From positions 143,427 through 207,426 of the forward strand of contig JADJWH010000007.1 in the NCBI GenBank assembly GCA_016716465.1: 64,000 bases of DNA, written 5' to 3'. Below, in pieces: positions 1 through 9,832 of this stretch (position 1 is the first letter of the stretch; each line of letters begins with the position of its first letter). The translations under genes were made by a program, and so were the position numbers. Under the pieces are notes generated by a model. That model had not been told where the DNA came from. It worked only from the letters and a program-made list of their open reading frames with translations, and did not search any database. Source of the stretch: Gammaproteobacteria bacterium. GTDB taxonomy: Bacteria; Pseudomonadota; Gammaproteobacteria; SZUA-140.

Positions 1-2
1 CG

Positions 3-866
3 GGGAACCGCCCATTGGTCAATGAACCGGTCAAAGTGGTCGGTGATCTCGGTGCGCTGGTCAAGCATGCGCGGGAAGGCAAGATCGACGCCATTTATAT
101 CACCCTGCCGATGCGCGCCGAAGAGCGGATCAAGAAATTGCTCACCCAGCTATCGGATACCACGGTTTCGGTGCATCTGGTGCCGGATTTCTTCGTCTAT
201 AATCTTATGAACGCCGGGCTCAGCAACATCGGTCAGTTCCCCATCGTCAGCATTCATGAGACGCCTTTCAATGGTGTGGACGGTTGGATCAAGCGTCTGG
301 AAGACATCGTGCTGTCCAGCGTCATTCTCACGTTGATCAGCATCCCGATGCTGATCATTGCGCTGGGTGTCAAATTGTCGTCTCCCGGTCCCGTGTTGTA
401 CAAACAGAACCGGTACGGCTTGCGCGGAAACAGGATCGAGGTGTGGAAATTCCGCAGCATGACGGTGTGTGAAACCGAGGGCGAGGTCAAACAGGCCCAG
501 CAATCCGATAGCCGCATCACTGCCTTCGGCGCCTATCTGCGAAGGACATCCCTGGACGAACTGCCTCAGTTCATCAATGTGCTTCAGGGCAGCATGTCCA
601 TCGTCGGGCCGCGTCCTCATGCGGTGATTCATAATGAGGAATACCGCAAGCTGATCAATGGGTATATGCTGCGCCACAAGGTCAAGCCGGGTATTACCGG
701 GCTGGCCCAGATCAATGGTTGGCGAGGGGAAACGGATACCTTGGACAAGATGGAAATGCGCATCGAATACGATCTCGACTATATTAAGAACTGGTCGTTA
801 TGGCTGGACTTCAAGATCATATTCTTGACGGTATTTAAAGGATTTTCCGGTAAGAACGTTTATTGA
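3..866 (+). CDS. Polyprenyl glycosylphosphotransferase (WbaP/EpsB-type bacterial sugar transferase), 5'-truncated at the window edge
   Basis: ORF is open to the window start with no in-frame upstream stop. C-terminal sugar-transferase motifs are present (KFRSM, DELPQF.NVL.G.MS.VGPRP, KPGITGLAQ). A transmembrane helix precedes the catalytic domain. Confidence 0.85.
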   Translation, partial: GNRPLVNEPVKVVGDLGALVKHAREGKIDAIYITLPMRAEERIKKLLTQLSDTTVSVHLVPDFFVYNLMNAGLSNIGQFPIVSIHETPFNGVDGWIKRLEDIVLSSVILTLISIPMLIIALGVKLSSPGPVLYKQNRYGLRGNRIEVWKFRSMTVCETEGEVKQAQQSDSRITAFGAYLRRTSLDELPQFINVLQGSMSIVGPRPHAVIHNEEYRKLINGYMLRHKVKPGITGLAQINGWRGETDTLDKMEMRIEYDLDYIKNWSLWLDFKIIFLTVFKGFSGKNVY

Positions 867-1165
867 TTCTAAAGCGTGCGGGTTCGCTTTGTATCGATAA
901 GCGACAAGCCTCCTGCACGGAGGGAGTGCGTGCGGTAAGCCAAGGACTGGGCCAGATTTCTCTTCTGTCGACTCGCTTCCGAGCGGAAGAAGATCTTGAG
1001 CCTGTGGGTCTTCTCGATTGACATCCAGTCTCGTGCCGATCTGGATGCCTGGTTCCGGAACGGAAAGCACCGAATCTTCCCAGGATATCTTTTAATGACG
1101 CCCCGGCCTACTGGCTCATTTGTTGCTTTATTATGTCAAAACACAGCTTGTGACAGGTGGATATT

Positions 1166-1783
1166 ATGCGTGCTGAATGGGTAAGAGAGTCGCGCTACCG
1201 GAGAGTTGGCACATGGACGGTGGTGTTCCTGTGCGTGATGCTGGGTCTGGCAAGCCCCGGATTTACTCAGGAGCGGACGATAGTCGCCGGTGAGCTCAGC
1301 GGAGATTACCTGATCGGTCCGGATGATCTGTTGGACATAAGCGTATGGAAGGAAGATACGCTGCAACGCAAGGTTGTGGTGAGGCCGGATGGAAAGATCT
1401 CATTTCCATTGATAGGCGAGATTCCCGCCGCGGCCCGCCCCGCGGAGGAAATTCAGAAGGAAATAACGCAGCGGTTGAAGAAATATATCCCCGAGCCGGT
1501 AGTGACCGTGGTGGTTGAGAAAGTCGCCTCCTACAAAATATACGTGATTGGTGAAGTGAAGAACTCCGGTCAATACCAGGTGGGTCATTATCTGGACGTC
1601 GTTCAGGCCTTGGCGTTGGCGGGCGGATTGACCGCATATGCCGCCGAAAACAAGATAAGGATATTGCGTCGCGAGAATGGCGTCGAGATCGCCATTCCGT
1701 TCGAGTACGCCAAAGTAAAATCAGGGACCGATCTCAAGCAGAACATCATCCTGAGGCGTGGTGATGTGGTTGTTGTTCCCTGA
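1166..1783 (+). CDS. Polysaccharide export protein, Wza/EpsE-like (Poly_export + SLBB)
   Basis: Signal peptide (VVFLCVMLGLASPGF). Motifs typical of Wza N-terminal and SLBB domains (Y.IGPDDLL.ISVW, VRPDG.ISFPLIGEI, G.Y.V.HYLDVVQALALAGG). SD-like aggtgg lies 5 nt upstream of the ATG at 1166. Confidence 0.8.
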   Translation: MRAEWVRESRYRRVGTWTVVFLCVMLGLASPGFTQERTIVAGELSGDYLIGPDDLLDISVWKEDTLQRKVVVRPDGKISFPLIGEIPAAARPAEEIQKEITQRLKKYIPEPVVTVVVEKVASYKIYVIGEVKNSGQYQVGHYLDVVQALALAGGLTAYAAENKIRILRRENGVEIAIPFEYAKVKSGTDLKQNIILRRGDVVVVP

Positions 1784-1878
1784 TGCCGAATCGTATCTCA
1801 TGCGCGGGGGCGGCCTTGGCCATCTGAGTGGGGCTTATTCACGTGCCATCGGGTAGAAGGTTGATGTTTGGGGAGCGC

Positions 1879-3105
1879 ATGGGAGGTCGCGGTGGGAGTT
1901 TGACATGGCGGTGTGCCCGGATTGTCCTGGTTATACCGGTATTATTCATGTCATTTCCAATCCAGGCGGATCAGTGGGCGGTGACGCCATCAGTGCAGAT
2001 GCGGGCATCGCATGATGACAATATCAATTTGAGCGTCGATAACCCGATCTCAGTATGGGGCAGCTCCATATCGCCCCTCTTGGATTTAAGCAAGCGCAGT
2101 GCCGCCAGTTCGTACGGAATCGGTGGCAGGCTGATATTCAACCGCTATTCAGAGGAAAGCGTTCAGGACACGAATATCCAGTTATTGACGTTTTCAGGTC
2201 GTACCGCTACCCGGCTGAGCAGGTTTGGATTGTCCGGATCATATAAGCGTGACACCACGTTCGCGACGGTTACGGATACCTCCAGCGATGACGATGACGG
2301 GCAGCTAGCAGGTGATGTCGATGCCGGTCTGGTGCGGACTCAGGTGAGGCGCAATCGTCTTCTGCTGCGCCCAAGCTGGAGATATACCCTGTCTGAGGTT
2401 ATGTCGATCGATATGCGGTACATGTTCAATGACACTACGTATAGCGGAGACGGTAGCGAGGTGCTGACGGATTATCTTCGTCAGAGCGCCGAACTTACCG
2501 TGATCCGCAGGCTGTCCGAGCGGTCAAACATAACGGCTACTGCCGGCGCCGGACGATATACCACCTCCGGAGAAGGTACCGACACCGACGATTACAGCCT
2601 GAGCGCGGGATTCAGGCACGAATTCTCGCCGATGCTGACGATGCAGGTGGGCGTGGGGGTTCGGTCCGCCATATCAACCGTCGACAATTCGGACGTGGAA
2701 ACAACCGGGGCGTTGATAAATGCCAGTCTGAGCGGAAACCTCTCCGAGTTGACAACCTACCGCATAACCGCCAGCGAGAACTTTCAGCCGAGCGGTATCG
2801 GCTCGCTTGTGCTGAGTGACAGCCTGAGCTGGGACATGTCCCATGATCTTTCGCAGAAATTGTCCGTTTCACTCTGGGCAACCGCGTTCAGGAATCAATC
2901 CGTCGATTTCAACAGGGCCGCGTCGGACCGGACTCATTATGATGTCGAGCCGGGCTTTCGCTGGAAGCTGGGCAGGGAATGGAGCATGGACGGCTCCTAT
3001 CGTTACCGGTGGCAGAAGTATCGGGATGATGACGAGGCGGCAAGCAGCAACGCGATATATCTGGCCGTCAACTATGCCTGGCCGAGGATGGCGGTTTCGC
3101 GTTGA
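1879..3105 (+). CDS. Outer-membrane beta-barrel protein of the type associated with PEP-CTERM/EPS loci
   Basis: Signal peptide (ARIVLVIPVLFMSFPIQA). Alternating amphipathic strands and Y/R-rich repeats (SYRYRWQKY) along the length. Sits between the Wza-like and Wzz-like genes. ggggag SD lies before the ATG at 1879. Confidence 0.5.
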   Translation: MGGRGGSLTWRCARIVLVIPVLFMSFPIQADQWAVTPSVQMRASHDDNINLSVDNPISVWGSSISPLLDLSKRSAASSYGIGGRLIFNRYSEESVQDTNIQLLTFSGRTATRLSRFGLSGSYKRDTTFATVTDTSSDDDDGQLAGDVDAGLVRTQVRRNRLLLRPSWRYTLSEVMSIDMRYMFNDTTYSGDGSEVLTDYLRQSAELTVIRRLSERSNITATAGAGRYTTSGEGTDTDDYSLSAGFRHEFSPMLTMQVGVGVRSAISTVDNSDVETTGALINASLSGNLSELTTYRITASENFQPSGIGSLVLSDSLSWDMSHDLSQKLSVSLWATAFRNQSVDFNRAASDRTHYDVEPGFRWKLGREWSMDGSYRYRWQKYRDDDEAASSNAIYLAVNYAWPRMAVSR

Positions 3106-3189
3106 TGGAAATTAATGTTGTAGAATGGGCGGCACCTGGGCGGATTCTGGCTCGAGTATGCCCTAGTCCGTGTTTGGAGTAGTGTAATT

Positions 3190-4878
3190 ATGGAACGTTC
3201 AGGCCTCGATATTGGCGATTATGTGGATGTGCTGCGCAGGCGTAAGGCGCAGTTGCTCATCCCCATGCTGGCCGTGTTCGCGATCGCCGTTGCCATCGCC
3301 TTCGGCCTGCCGCCGGTATATCGTTCCACGGCGACTATCCTGATCGAACAGCAGGATATTCCGCAGGACCTCGTGCGGTCCACGGTCACGAGTTACGCGG
3401 CAGAGCGGATCCAGACGATCAGCCAGCGGGTGATGACGCGCGAGAATCTGTGGTCGATCGTCGAAAAGTACGATCTTTTCCCCGAGGAAAGACGTTCCGG
3501 GAATATCGATATCATCCTGCCGCACATACGGCAAAACATCGAAGTCGAAATGGTGAGCGCCGATATCGTCGATCCCAGAAGCGGCCGACAGAGCAAGGCT
3601 ACTATCGCCTTTGATCTTTCCTTTTATTACAGCGAAGCGACAGCCGCGAAAGAGGTGGTTGACGAATTGGTCTCGCTGTATCTGGAGGAGAACATACGAA
3701 TCCGGGAGCAGATGGCCTCGGAAACCTCCAGCTTCCTGTCCGAGGAAGCCAGCAGGCTGAGCGCTCATATCACCGAGCTGGAGGCCGTGCTGGCCAGCTT
3801 CAAGGAGAAGAATGTCGGCCAGATGCCGGAGCTGATGACGCTTAACATGAATCTGATCGAGCGTACTGAGCGGGAGCTGGAAGATACACGACGTGAAATA
3901 TCCTCCCTGGAGGAGCGCAAGGTCTTTCTCGAGTCTCAACTCGCGCAACTGGAACCCAATACCGGCGACAGCCCGGAGGGCCGGCTCAGATCCTTGCAGA
4001 TGCAGTTGTTGCGCGCCTCGTCGATCTACGCCCCCGATCACCCCGACATCGTCAATCTGCGGCGCGAGATCGAGGTGCTCAAGGCGCAGACGGGTAGCGG
4101 TACCAACAGAAAAGGTATCGAAGCGCAGATCTTGCAGCTCCAGTCCGAGCTGGCGTCGGCTCGTCAGAAATATTCCGATGATCACCCCGATATCATTGCG
4201 TTAAAGAAGTCTCTGGCGAACCTGAATGACGAGTTGAGGAACTCGACGTCGGGTGGTCTTATCTCGACAGACGGATTCCAGCCCGATAATCCGGCCTATG
4301 TCGCCACCAAGACCCAGCTCGAGGCGATAAAAATCGGCCTTAGAACGGCGCAGGAAAAGACGGATCGCTTGAAGGCCAAACTGGCTGAATACGAGGATCG
4401 CATCGTTCAGATGCCGCGCGTCGAGCAAGAGGGCGTCGCCATGCGCCGCGAATACGACAATGCGGTGCAGAAATACCATGAGATCAAGCAGAAATTGCTT
4501 GAGGCACAGGTCTCGGAACAGCTTGAAAAGGATCAGAAAGGCGAGCGGTTCTCGCTCATAGATCCTCCTATCATTCCAAGTGAGCCATACCAGCCGAATC
4601 GGATCGGGATCCTGTTGCTCGGAACCGTGTTGGCGATGGTAATTGGGCTCGGCGTCGCTTCGGTTGCCGAATATATGGATCAGACGGTGCGCGGCTCCCG
4701 CGGTGTCTCAGTTCTGCTCGGTTCTCCGCCGATAGCTACAATACCGTACTTCAAGGCCGATGGAGAGGAAGGACATCCCCAGCGCCGTATGCTGTTGGTC
4801 GGTACGATTATTCTTACCGTATTGATTCTTGGGGTTTTGGCCATAAAGGCTTTGTTCATGTCAGCGGATAATCTGTGA
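3190..4878 (+). CDS. Polysaccharide chain-length determinant (Wzz/Wzc N-terminal type, EpsF-like); no kinase domain in this ORF
   Basis: N-terminal TM (LLIPMLAVFAIAVAIAFGL). Long coiled-coil periplasmic region. C-terminal TM (IGILLLGTVLAMVIGLGVASV). Classic Wzz topology. Confidence 0.8.
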   Translation: MERSGLDIGDYVDVLRRRKAQLLIPMLAVFAIAVAIAFGLPPVYRSTATILIEQQDIPQDLVRSTVTSYAAERIQTISQRVMTRENLWSIVEKYDLFPEERRSGNIDIILPHIRQNIEVEMVSADIVDPRSGRQSKATIAFDLSFYYSEATAAKEVVDELVSLYLEENIRIREQMASETSSFLSEEASRLSAHITELEAVLASFKEKNVGQMPELMTLNMNLIERTERELEDTRREISSLEERKVFLESQLAQLEPNTGDSPEGRLRSLQMQLLRASSIYAPDHPDIVNLRREIEVLKAQTGSGTNRKGIEAQILQLQSELASARQKYSDDHPDIIALKKSLANLNDELRNSTSGGLISTDGFQPDNPAYVATKTQLEAIKIGLRTAQEKTDRLKAKLAEYEDRIVQMPRVEQEGVAMRREYDNAVQKYHEIKQKLLEAQVSEQLEKDQKGERFSLIDPPIIPSEPYQPNRIGILLLGTVLAMVIGLGVASVAEYMDQTVRGSRGVSVLLGSPPIATIPYFKADGEEGHPQRRMLLVGTIILTVLILGVLAIKALFMSADNL

Positions 4879-4954
4879 TCGAGACCATCATGATGGGAAA
4901 TTATTCTGTAAAATCATATGATTGTCAGCCCGGCATCCTGGCTTGCGTGGGTGG

Positions 4955-5755
4955 ATGATGTTCATGGACCGGATTACCAAGGCGGTTGAACGAACGCGGC
5001 AGGAAAAGGAAACGGCCCTCCAGCCAGGCGATGTCCTCATTGGCAATACACAGGACGCGAGCGAGATTTCCCGTATCGAGGTTTCGCAGGAGCTATTGCG
5101 CCAGAACCGTATTTTCCTAGGGAGTGAGGCTGGTGATTATGCCCATGCCTATAAAGTCCTGCGGACGCGCGTATGGCATCAGATGCGCACCAACGGCTGG
5201 CATAGCCTTGGAGTGACCAGTGCCAACCCCGGGGAAGGCAAAACGCTGACGGCAACCAATCTGGCAATAAGTCTGGCCAGGATGGAAATCGGCCGCAAGG
5301 TGGTCCTGGTCGATCTCGATATGCGGAGACCCAGTGTTCACAGGTACCTGGGGTTTCGTCCCGAATACGGGATCAGTGATTTCCTGCTCTCCGGTATGTC
5401 CCTCGGCAAGATACTAGTCGACATCGGAATCGAGAGATTCGCGGTATTGCCGGGTTGCGCCTCGTTTGCAAATTCATCCGAGATCCTGTCCTCGGGCAGG
5501 ATGGTGCAGCTGATGAATGAGATAAAGCGGTATTTCCCCTCGCGCGTGGTGATCTTTGACCTGCCCCCCATCCTCGCGGCGGACGATGTACTGGTCGTTG
5601 CTCCCCATATAAACGCCTTTCTGCTCGTGATCGAGGAAGGCAGGAGTCCCGCCAAAGACGTCGGCAAGGCGGCCGAATTGCTCAAGGATTCAAATATAGT
5701 CGGCACCGTGCTCAATAAGACCCCGGAAGCCGTTCAACAGTATTACGGTTACTGA
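4955..5755 (+). CDS. BY-kinase / ParA-MinD-like ATPase domain protein (EpsG-like tyrosine autokinase partner of the chain-length determinant)
   Basis: Walker A (SANPGEGKTLTATNLAIS), Walker A' (VVLVDLDMRRP) and Walker B (VVIFDLPP). In-frame start alternatives at 4922 (TTG), 4955, 4958 and 4964. Confidence 0.8.
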   Translation: MMFMDRITKAVERTRQEKETALQPGDVLIGNTQDASEISRIEVSQELLRQNRIFLGSEAGDYAHAYKVLRTRVWHQMRTNGWHSLGVTSANPGEGKTLTATNLAISLARMEIGRKVVLVDLDMRRPSVHRYLGFRPEYGISDFLLSGMSLGKILVDIGIERFAVLPGCASFANSSEILSSGRMVQLMNEIKRYFPSRVVIFDLPPILAADDVLVVAPHINAFLLVIEEGRSPAKDVGKAAELLKDSNIVGTVLNKTPEAVQQYYGY

Positions 5756-5772
5756 ACTGCCCGGCCAATTTT

Positions 5773-6678
5773 ATGTACGAATCGTTTTACAAACTGAGGG
5801 AAAAGCCTTTTTCCCTGTTGCCTGATCCGGGTTTCCTGTACATGAGCAGGAATCATCGCATGGCGTTGGCCATGCTGGAATATGGATTCATGAATCAGGC
5901 CGGATTTACGGTGATTACCGGAGAAATCGGCTCCGGCAAAACCACGCTGATCCGCCGCCTCATGGGTCAGATCGAGAATAACGAGAATTACAAGGTCGGG
6001 CTCGTTTCCAATACCCACCGCTCGTTCGGTGAATTGCTGCAGTGGATCCTGCTGGCCTTCAAGCTCGAATACCGAGGCAAGGAGAAGGTCGAGCTGTACC
6101 AGACATTGTCCGAGTTCCTTCTGCGCGAATATGACCTTGGGCACCGCACCATTCTGATCATCGACGAGGCGCAGAACCTTGATATCGAGTCGCTCGAACA
6201 GTTGCGCATGTTATCCAATATCAACGCGGGCAAGGACCAGATCCTGCAGTTGATGTTGATTGGCCAGCCCGGTCTGCGCGACATGCTCAGGCAGCCCGAG
6301 CTGGAACAGTTCGCGCAGCGTATCGCGGTGGATTTTCACCTGCGCCCTCTCGATATGCAATCGACAAGTGATTACATCCGGCACCGCCTGACGGTGGCGG
6401 GTGGAGATCCGGATCTCTTCGAGGCTGCCGCATGTGTCTCGGTTTATTACTATACGAGGGGAATACCCAGGCTCATTAACGTTCTGTGCGATACCGCCTT
6501 GATCTGTGGCTATGCCGATCAAAAATCCAGGATTGATGCCGATCTTATTCATGATGTGGTACGAGACAGGAGCGTAGGCGGGATCCTGCCGGTGTGGGAG
6601 GGCGACCAGGAAGAGCGCAGTGTGGTTCTCGATATCCACGCGGCGAAGAGCAAGAATCAGGGCGGCGGTGCTGAATAA
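5773..6678 (+). CDS. AAA ATPase, ExeA/GspA-like (EpsI-type ATPase of PEP-CTERM-type EPS loci)
   Basis: P-loop TGEIGSGKTTL and Walker B ILIIDEAQNL. Overall ExeA-like architecture of about 300 aa. Confidence 0.75.
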   Translation: MYESFYKLREKPFSLLPDPGFLYMSRNHRMALAMLEYGFMNQAGFTVITGEIGSGKTTLIRRLMGQIENNENYKVGLVSNTHRSFGELLQWILLAFKLEYRGKEKVELYQTLSEFLLREYDLGHRTILIIDEAQNLDIESLEQLRMLSNINAGKDQILQLMLIGQPGLRDMLRQPELEQFAQRIAVDFHLRPLDMQSTSDYIRHRLTVAGGDPDLFEAAACVSVYYYTRGIPRLINVLCDTALICGYADQKSRIDADLIHDVVRDRSVGGILPVWEGDQEERSVVLDIHAAKSKNQGGGAE

Positions 6679-6777
6679 CCGGTTCCGGCTAGGGATCTCC
6701 CTCGATATTGCGCTTGATCGATATATCCTCCGTACCATCCCGTTTCGCAGGACAACAGACTCATCAGGAGTGCATCA

Positions 6778-7545
6778 ATGAAGGTCGTGATCTTGGCTGG
6801 AGGACTGGGTACCCGTATCAGCGAGGAGACACAGCTGAAGCCAAAGCCCATGGTGGAGATCGGTGGCAAACCGATCCTGTGGCATATCATGAAGATTTAC
6901 TCGAGTCATGGCATCCACGATTTCATCATCTGTTGTGGCTATAAGGGGTACGTGATCAAGGAATATTTCGCCAATTACGTACTGCACTCCTCCGATGTCA
7001 CCTTTGACCTGAAGAATAACCGCATGGAGATGCACCAGAATGGAACGGACCCATGGCGGGTGACCCTCGTGAACACGGGAGACAACTCGGGGACGGGTGG
7101 GCGTCTGCGACGGGTGCGGGCCTACATCGGTGATGAGGATTTTTGTTTCACCTACGGTGACGGTGTCAGTAACGTCGATATCACCCGCTTGATCGCCTTT
7201 CACAAGAGCCGGGGCAGGCTGGCGACCCTGACGACGGTACAACCCCCCCATCGGTTCGGTGCCCTGGATTTCGATCAGGATTCCGTTATCAAGAGTTTTG
7301 AGGAAAAGCCTCATGAAGGCGGATGGATCAATGGTGGATTCTTCGTGCTTTCGCCCAAGGCGATCGACTACATCGAACAGGATGAGGTGATGTGGGAGCG
7401 TGAACCCATGCAGCGCCTGACCCGCGAGGGTAATCTATCGGCCTACCGCCATGAGGGCTTCTGGTATTCGATGGATACCCAGCGCGACAAAAACCGTCTG
7501 GAAGAGCTGTGGAATACCGGCAAGGCTCCATGGAAGATCTGGTAA
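6778..7545 (+). CDS. rfbF: Glucose-1-phosphate cytidylyltransferase
   Basis: N-terminus [34 protein letters not shown] and length 255 aa are characteristic of RfbF/DdhA. Confidence 0.9.
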   Translation: MKVVILAGGLGTRISEETQLKPKPMVEIGGKPILWHIMKIYSSHGIHDFIICCGYKGYVIKEYFANYVLHSSDVTFDLKNNRMEMHQNGTDPWRVTLVNTGDNSGTGGRLRRVRAYIGDEDFCFTYGDGVSNVDITRLIAFHKSRGRLATLTTVQPPHRFGALDFDQDSVIKSFEEKPHEGGWINGGFFVLSPKAIDYIEQDEVMWEREPMQRLTREGNLSAYRHEGFWYSMDTQRDKNRLEELWNTGKAPWKIW

Positions 7546-7549
7546 ATTT

Positions 7550-8749
7550 GTGATCAATACGGATTTTCTTGTAATCGGCGGAGGGGTCATTGGGGTCAAT
7601 ATCGCCCGCACCATGAAGCGCCGATATCCCGATTCCCGGGTTGTCGTGCTCGAGAAGGAGCCGGGCTGCGGTTTGCACGCCAGCGGACGCAATAGCGGAG
7701 TCCTGCACGCCGGGTTCTACTATAGCCCTGACAGCCTGAAGGCGCGCTTTACTCGCATGGGTAACATCGCTATGACTGAGTACTGTCGCGACAGAGGCAT
7801 CAGGATCAACGCCTGTGGAAAACTGGTCGTGGCGCGGGACGAGGAGGATCTGCCCCAGATGGACGAGCTCCTGAAAAGAGGGCGGGCCAATGGGGTGCCA
7901 CTGGACGAGCTCTCCGAGTCCGATGCCCGGTCCATTGAACCTCGAGTGAAGACCTGCGGCAGGGCGTTGTATTCCCCCACCACGGCGTCCGTGGACCCAA
8001 CGGAAGTCATGCGCCGGATGGCCGAGGATGCCGCGCAAGAGGGGGTCGAGATACATACGGGGGTCGGCTATCTGAAGGCGGAAAACGGATCCGTCATGAC
8101 GTCCGCGGGCCGCTACGGCGCGGGTTATGTCATCAACGCCGCCGGGCTCTACGCGGATAAGGTCGCGAAAGATTTCGGCTTCTCCCAGCACTACAGCATC
8201 CTGCCCTTCAAGGGGCTATACCTCTATTCGGATGAACCCAGGGGTTCGATTCGCACCAATATCTACCCTGTCCCGGACCTGAGAAACCCATTTCTGGGCG
8301 TCCACTATACGTTGACGGTAAACAACGACGTGAAAATCGGGCCGACCGCCATCCCGGTGCTTTGGCGCGAGCAGTATCAAGGTCTGGAGAATTTCAGTTC
8401 GCGGGAATTTTTCGAGATCGTCTACCGTCAATTGGGGCTGTTCGCGCGCTCTAATTTCGATTTCAAGAAGCTCGCCATGGAGGAGATCAGGAAATATTCT
8501 CGCTCCCGGATGGTCGAACTCGCTTCTGTCCTTGTAGAAGGCGTCGACTCCGGCCGATACAGGCGGTGGGCCAAGCCCGGCATCCGGGCCCAGCTCCTGG
8601 ACCACAGGACAAAAAAACTGGAGATGGACTTCGTGATCGAGGGCGATGCGAAGTCACTGCATGTCCTCAACGCCGTGTCGCCGGCGTTTACCTGTTCCAT
8701 TCCGTTTTCGGAACATGTATGTAACGAGATTGATAGATTATTGCATTGA
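7550..8749 (+). CDS. FAD-dependent oxidoreductase (DAO / L-2-hydroxyglutarate-oxidase-like family)
   Basis: Rossmann FAD motif VIGGGVIGVNIA followed by LEKE.G.G.HASGRNSGV.HAG. The ORF track starts at 7451, but that stretch overlaps rfbF in another frame. GTG 7550 immediately after the rfbF stop is the likely start. Confidence 0.7.
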   Translation: MINTDFLVIGGGVIGVNIARTMKRRYPDSRVVVLEKEPGCGLHASGRNSGVLHAGFYYSPDSLKARFTRMGNIAMTEYCRDRGIRINACGKLVVARDEEDLPQMDELLKRGRANGVPLDELSESDARSIEPRVKTCGRALYSPTTASVDPTEVMRRMAEDAAQEGVEIHTGVGYLKAENGSVMTSAGRYGAGYVINAAGLYADKVAKDFGFSQHYSILPFKGLYLYSDEPRGSIRTNIYPVPDLRNPFLGVHYTLTVNNDVKIGPTAIPVLWREQYQGLENFSSREFFEIVYRQLGLFARSNFDFKKLAMEEIRKYSRSRMVELASVLVEGVDSGRYRRWAKPGIRAQLLDHRTKKLEMDFVIEGDAKSLHVLNAVSPAFTCSIPFSEHVCNEIDRLLH

Positions 8750-8765
8750 GCGGGTTGGAAATAAC

Positions 8766-9809
8766 ATGAATATCTTGATTACCGGAAATATGGGTTACGT
8801 GGGTCCCGTCGTCGTGAAACAGCTCAGATCGAGCTATCCGAAGGCGAGGCTGATTGGACTGGACATGGGCTATTTCGCCCATTGCCTCACGGCGGCGGAT
8901 ACCTTGCCGGAGTGCGACCTCGATGTTCAGTACTTCATGGATGTGCGGGACGTCGGGGTAGAGATGTTGTCCGGGGTCGATGCCATCGTACACCTGGCCG
9001 CGATCTCGAATGATCCCATGGGGAATGCCTTTGAGGAGGTTACCCTGGAGATCAATCACCGGGCCACCGTCGCGCTGGCGGAAAAGGCCAGGAAGGCCGG
9101 TGTCCGGCGCTTCGTTTTTGCTTCCAGCTGCAGCGTCTACGGGTTCGCCGAGGGCGGAGCGAGGGCCGAGGACGCGGAGTTGAATCCGCTGACCGCTTAC
9201 GCGAAATCCAAGGTCTACTCTGAGAAAGACCTGCAAGAGCTTGCCAGCGAGTCATTCATCGTAACCAGCCTGCGCTTTGCCACGGCCTGCGGTATGAGCC
9301 AGAGGCTGAGACTGGACCTCGTCCTGAATGATTTCGTGGCAAACGCGGTCGCGGCGAAGAAGATCGTGATTCTGAGCGACGGCACCCCCTGGCGTCCGCT
9401 GATCACGGTGCAGGATATGGCGCGCGCGATCGACTGGGCCGCGACCCGGCCGGTTGACAATGGCGGCGGTTTCATTGCGCTCAATGTCGGCAGCAATGTC
9501 TGGAACTACCAGGTCAGGGCCCTCGCCGAGGCGGTTGCGCGCGAGATTCCCGGGGTTGAAGTGACCATCAACAAGGATGCCGCCCCCGACAAGCGCTCAT
9601 ATCAGGTCAATTTCGACCTGTTTTCCAGGCTGGCGTCCGCTTATCAGCCCCAGGTTGATCTGCGCGGGGCGATTACGGGGCTGAAGGAAGGTCTGACGGC
9701 AATGCATTTCAAGGATGCCAATTTCAGGCAGTCGTCCTTCATGCGGCTGAAGGTGCTGCAGGAGCACCTCGATCGCGGCAGATTGACCAGGCAGCTGCGC
9801 TGGTCGTGA
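8766..9809 (+). CDS. NAD-dependent epimerase/dehydratase (extended SDR family) acting on a nucleotide sugar
   Basis: ILITGNMGYVGPVVVKQL glycine-rich NAD motif. Catalytic YAKSK (YxxxK). ATG at 8766. Confidence 0.8.
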   Translation: MNILITGNMGYVGPVVVKQLRSSYPKARLIGLDMGYFAHCLTAADTLPECDLDVQYFMDVRDVGVEMLSGVDAIVHLAAISNDPMGNAFEEVTLEINHRATVALAEKARKAGVRRFVFASSCSVYGFAEGGARAEDAELNPLTAYAKSKVYSEKDLQELASESFIVTSLRFATACGMSQRLRLDLVLNDFVANAVAAKKIVILSDGTPWRPLITVQDMARAIDWAATRPVDNGGGFIALNVGSNVWNYQVRALAEAVAREIPGVEVTINKDAAPDKRSYQVNFDLFSRLASAYQPQVDLRGAITGLKEGLTAMHFKDANFRQSSFMRLKVLQEHLDRGRLTRQLRWS

Positions 9810-9832
9810 CAACAAAGAGAGCAGGGTAACCT

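Noticed and set aside
7451-7549. ORF-track start of the FAD oxidoreductase at 7451, overlapping rfbF by 95 bp
   Set aside because: The first 33 codons are in an alternative frame of rfbF and are R/S/G-rich. GTG 7550 directly follows the rfbF stop and precedes the Rossmann motif, so it is taken as the start.
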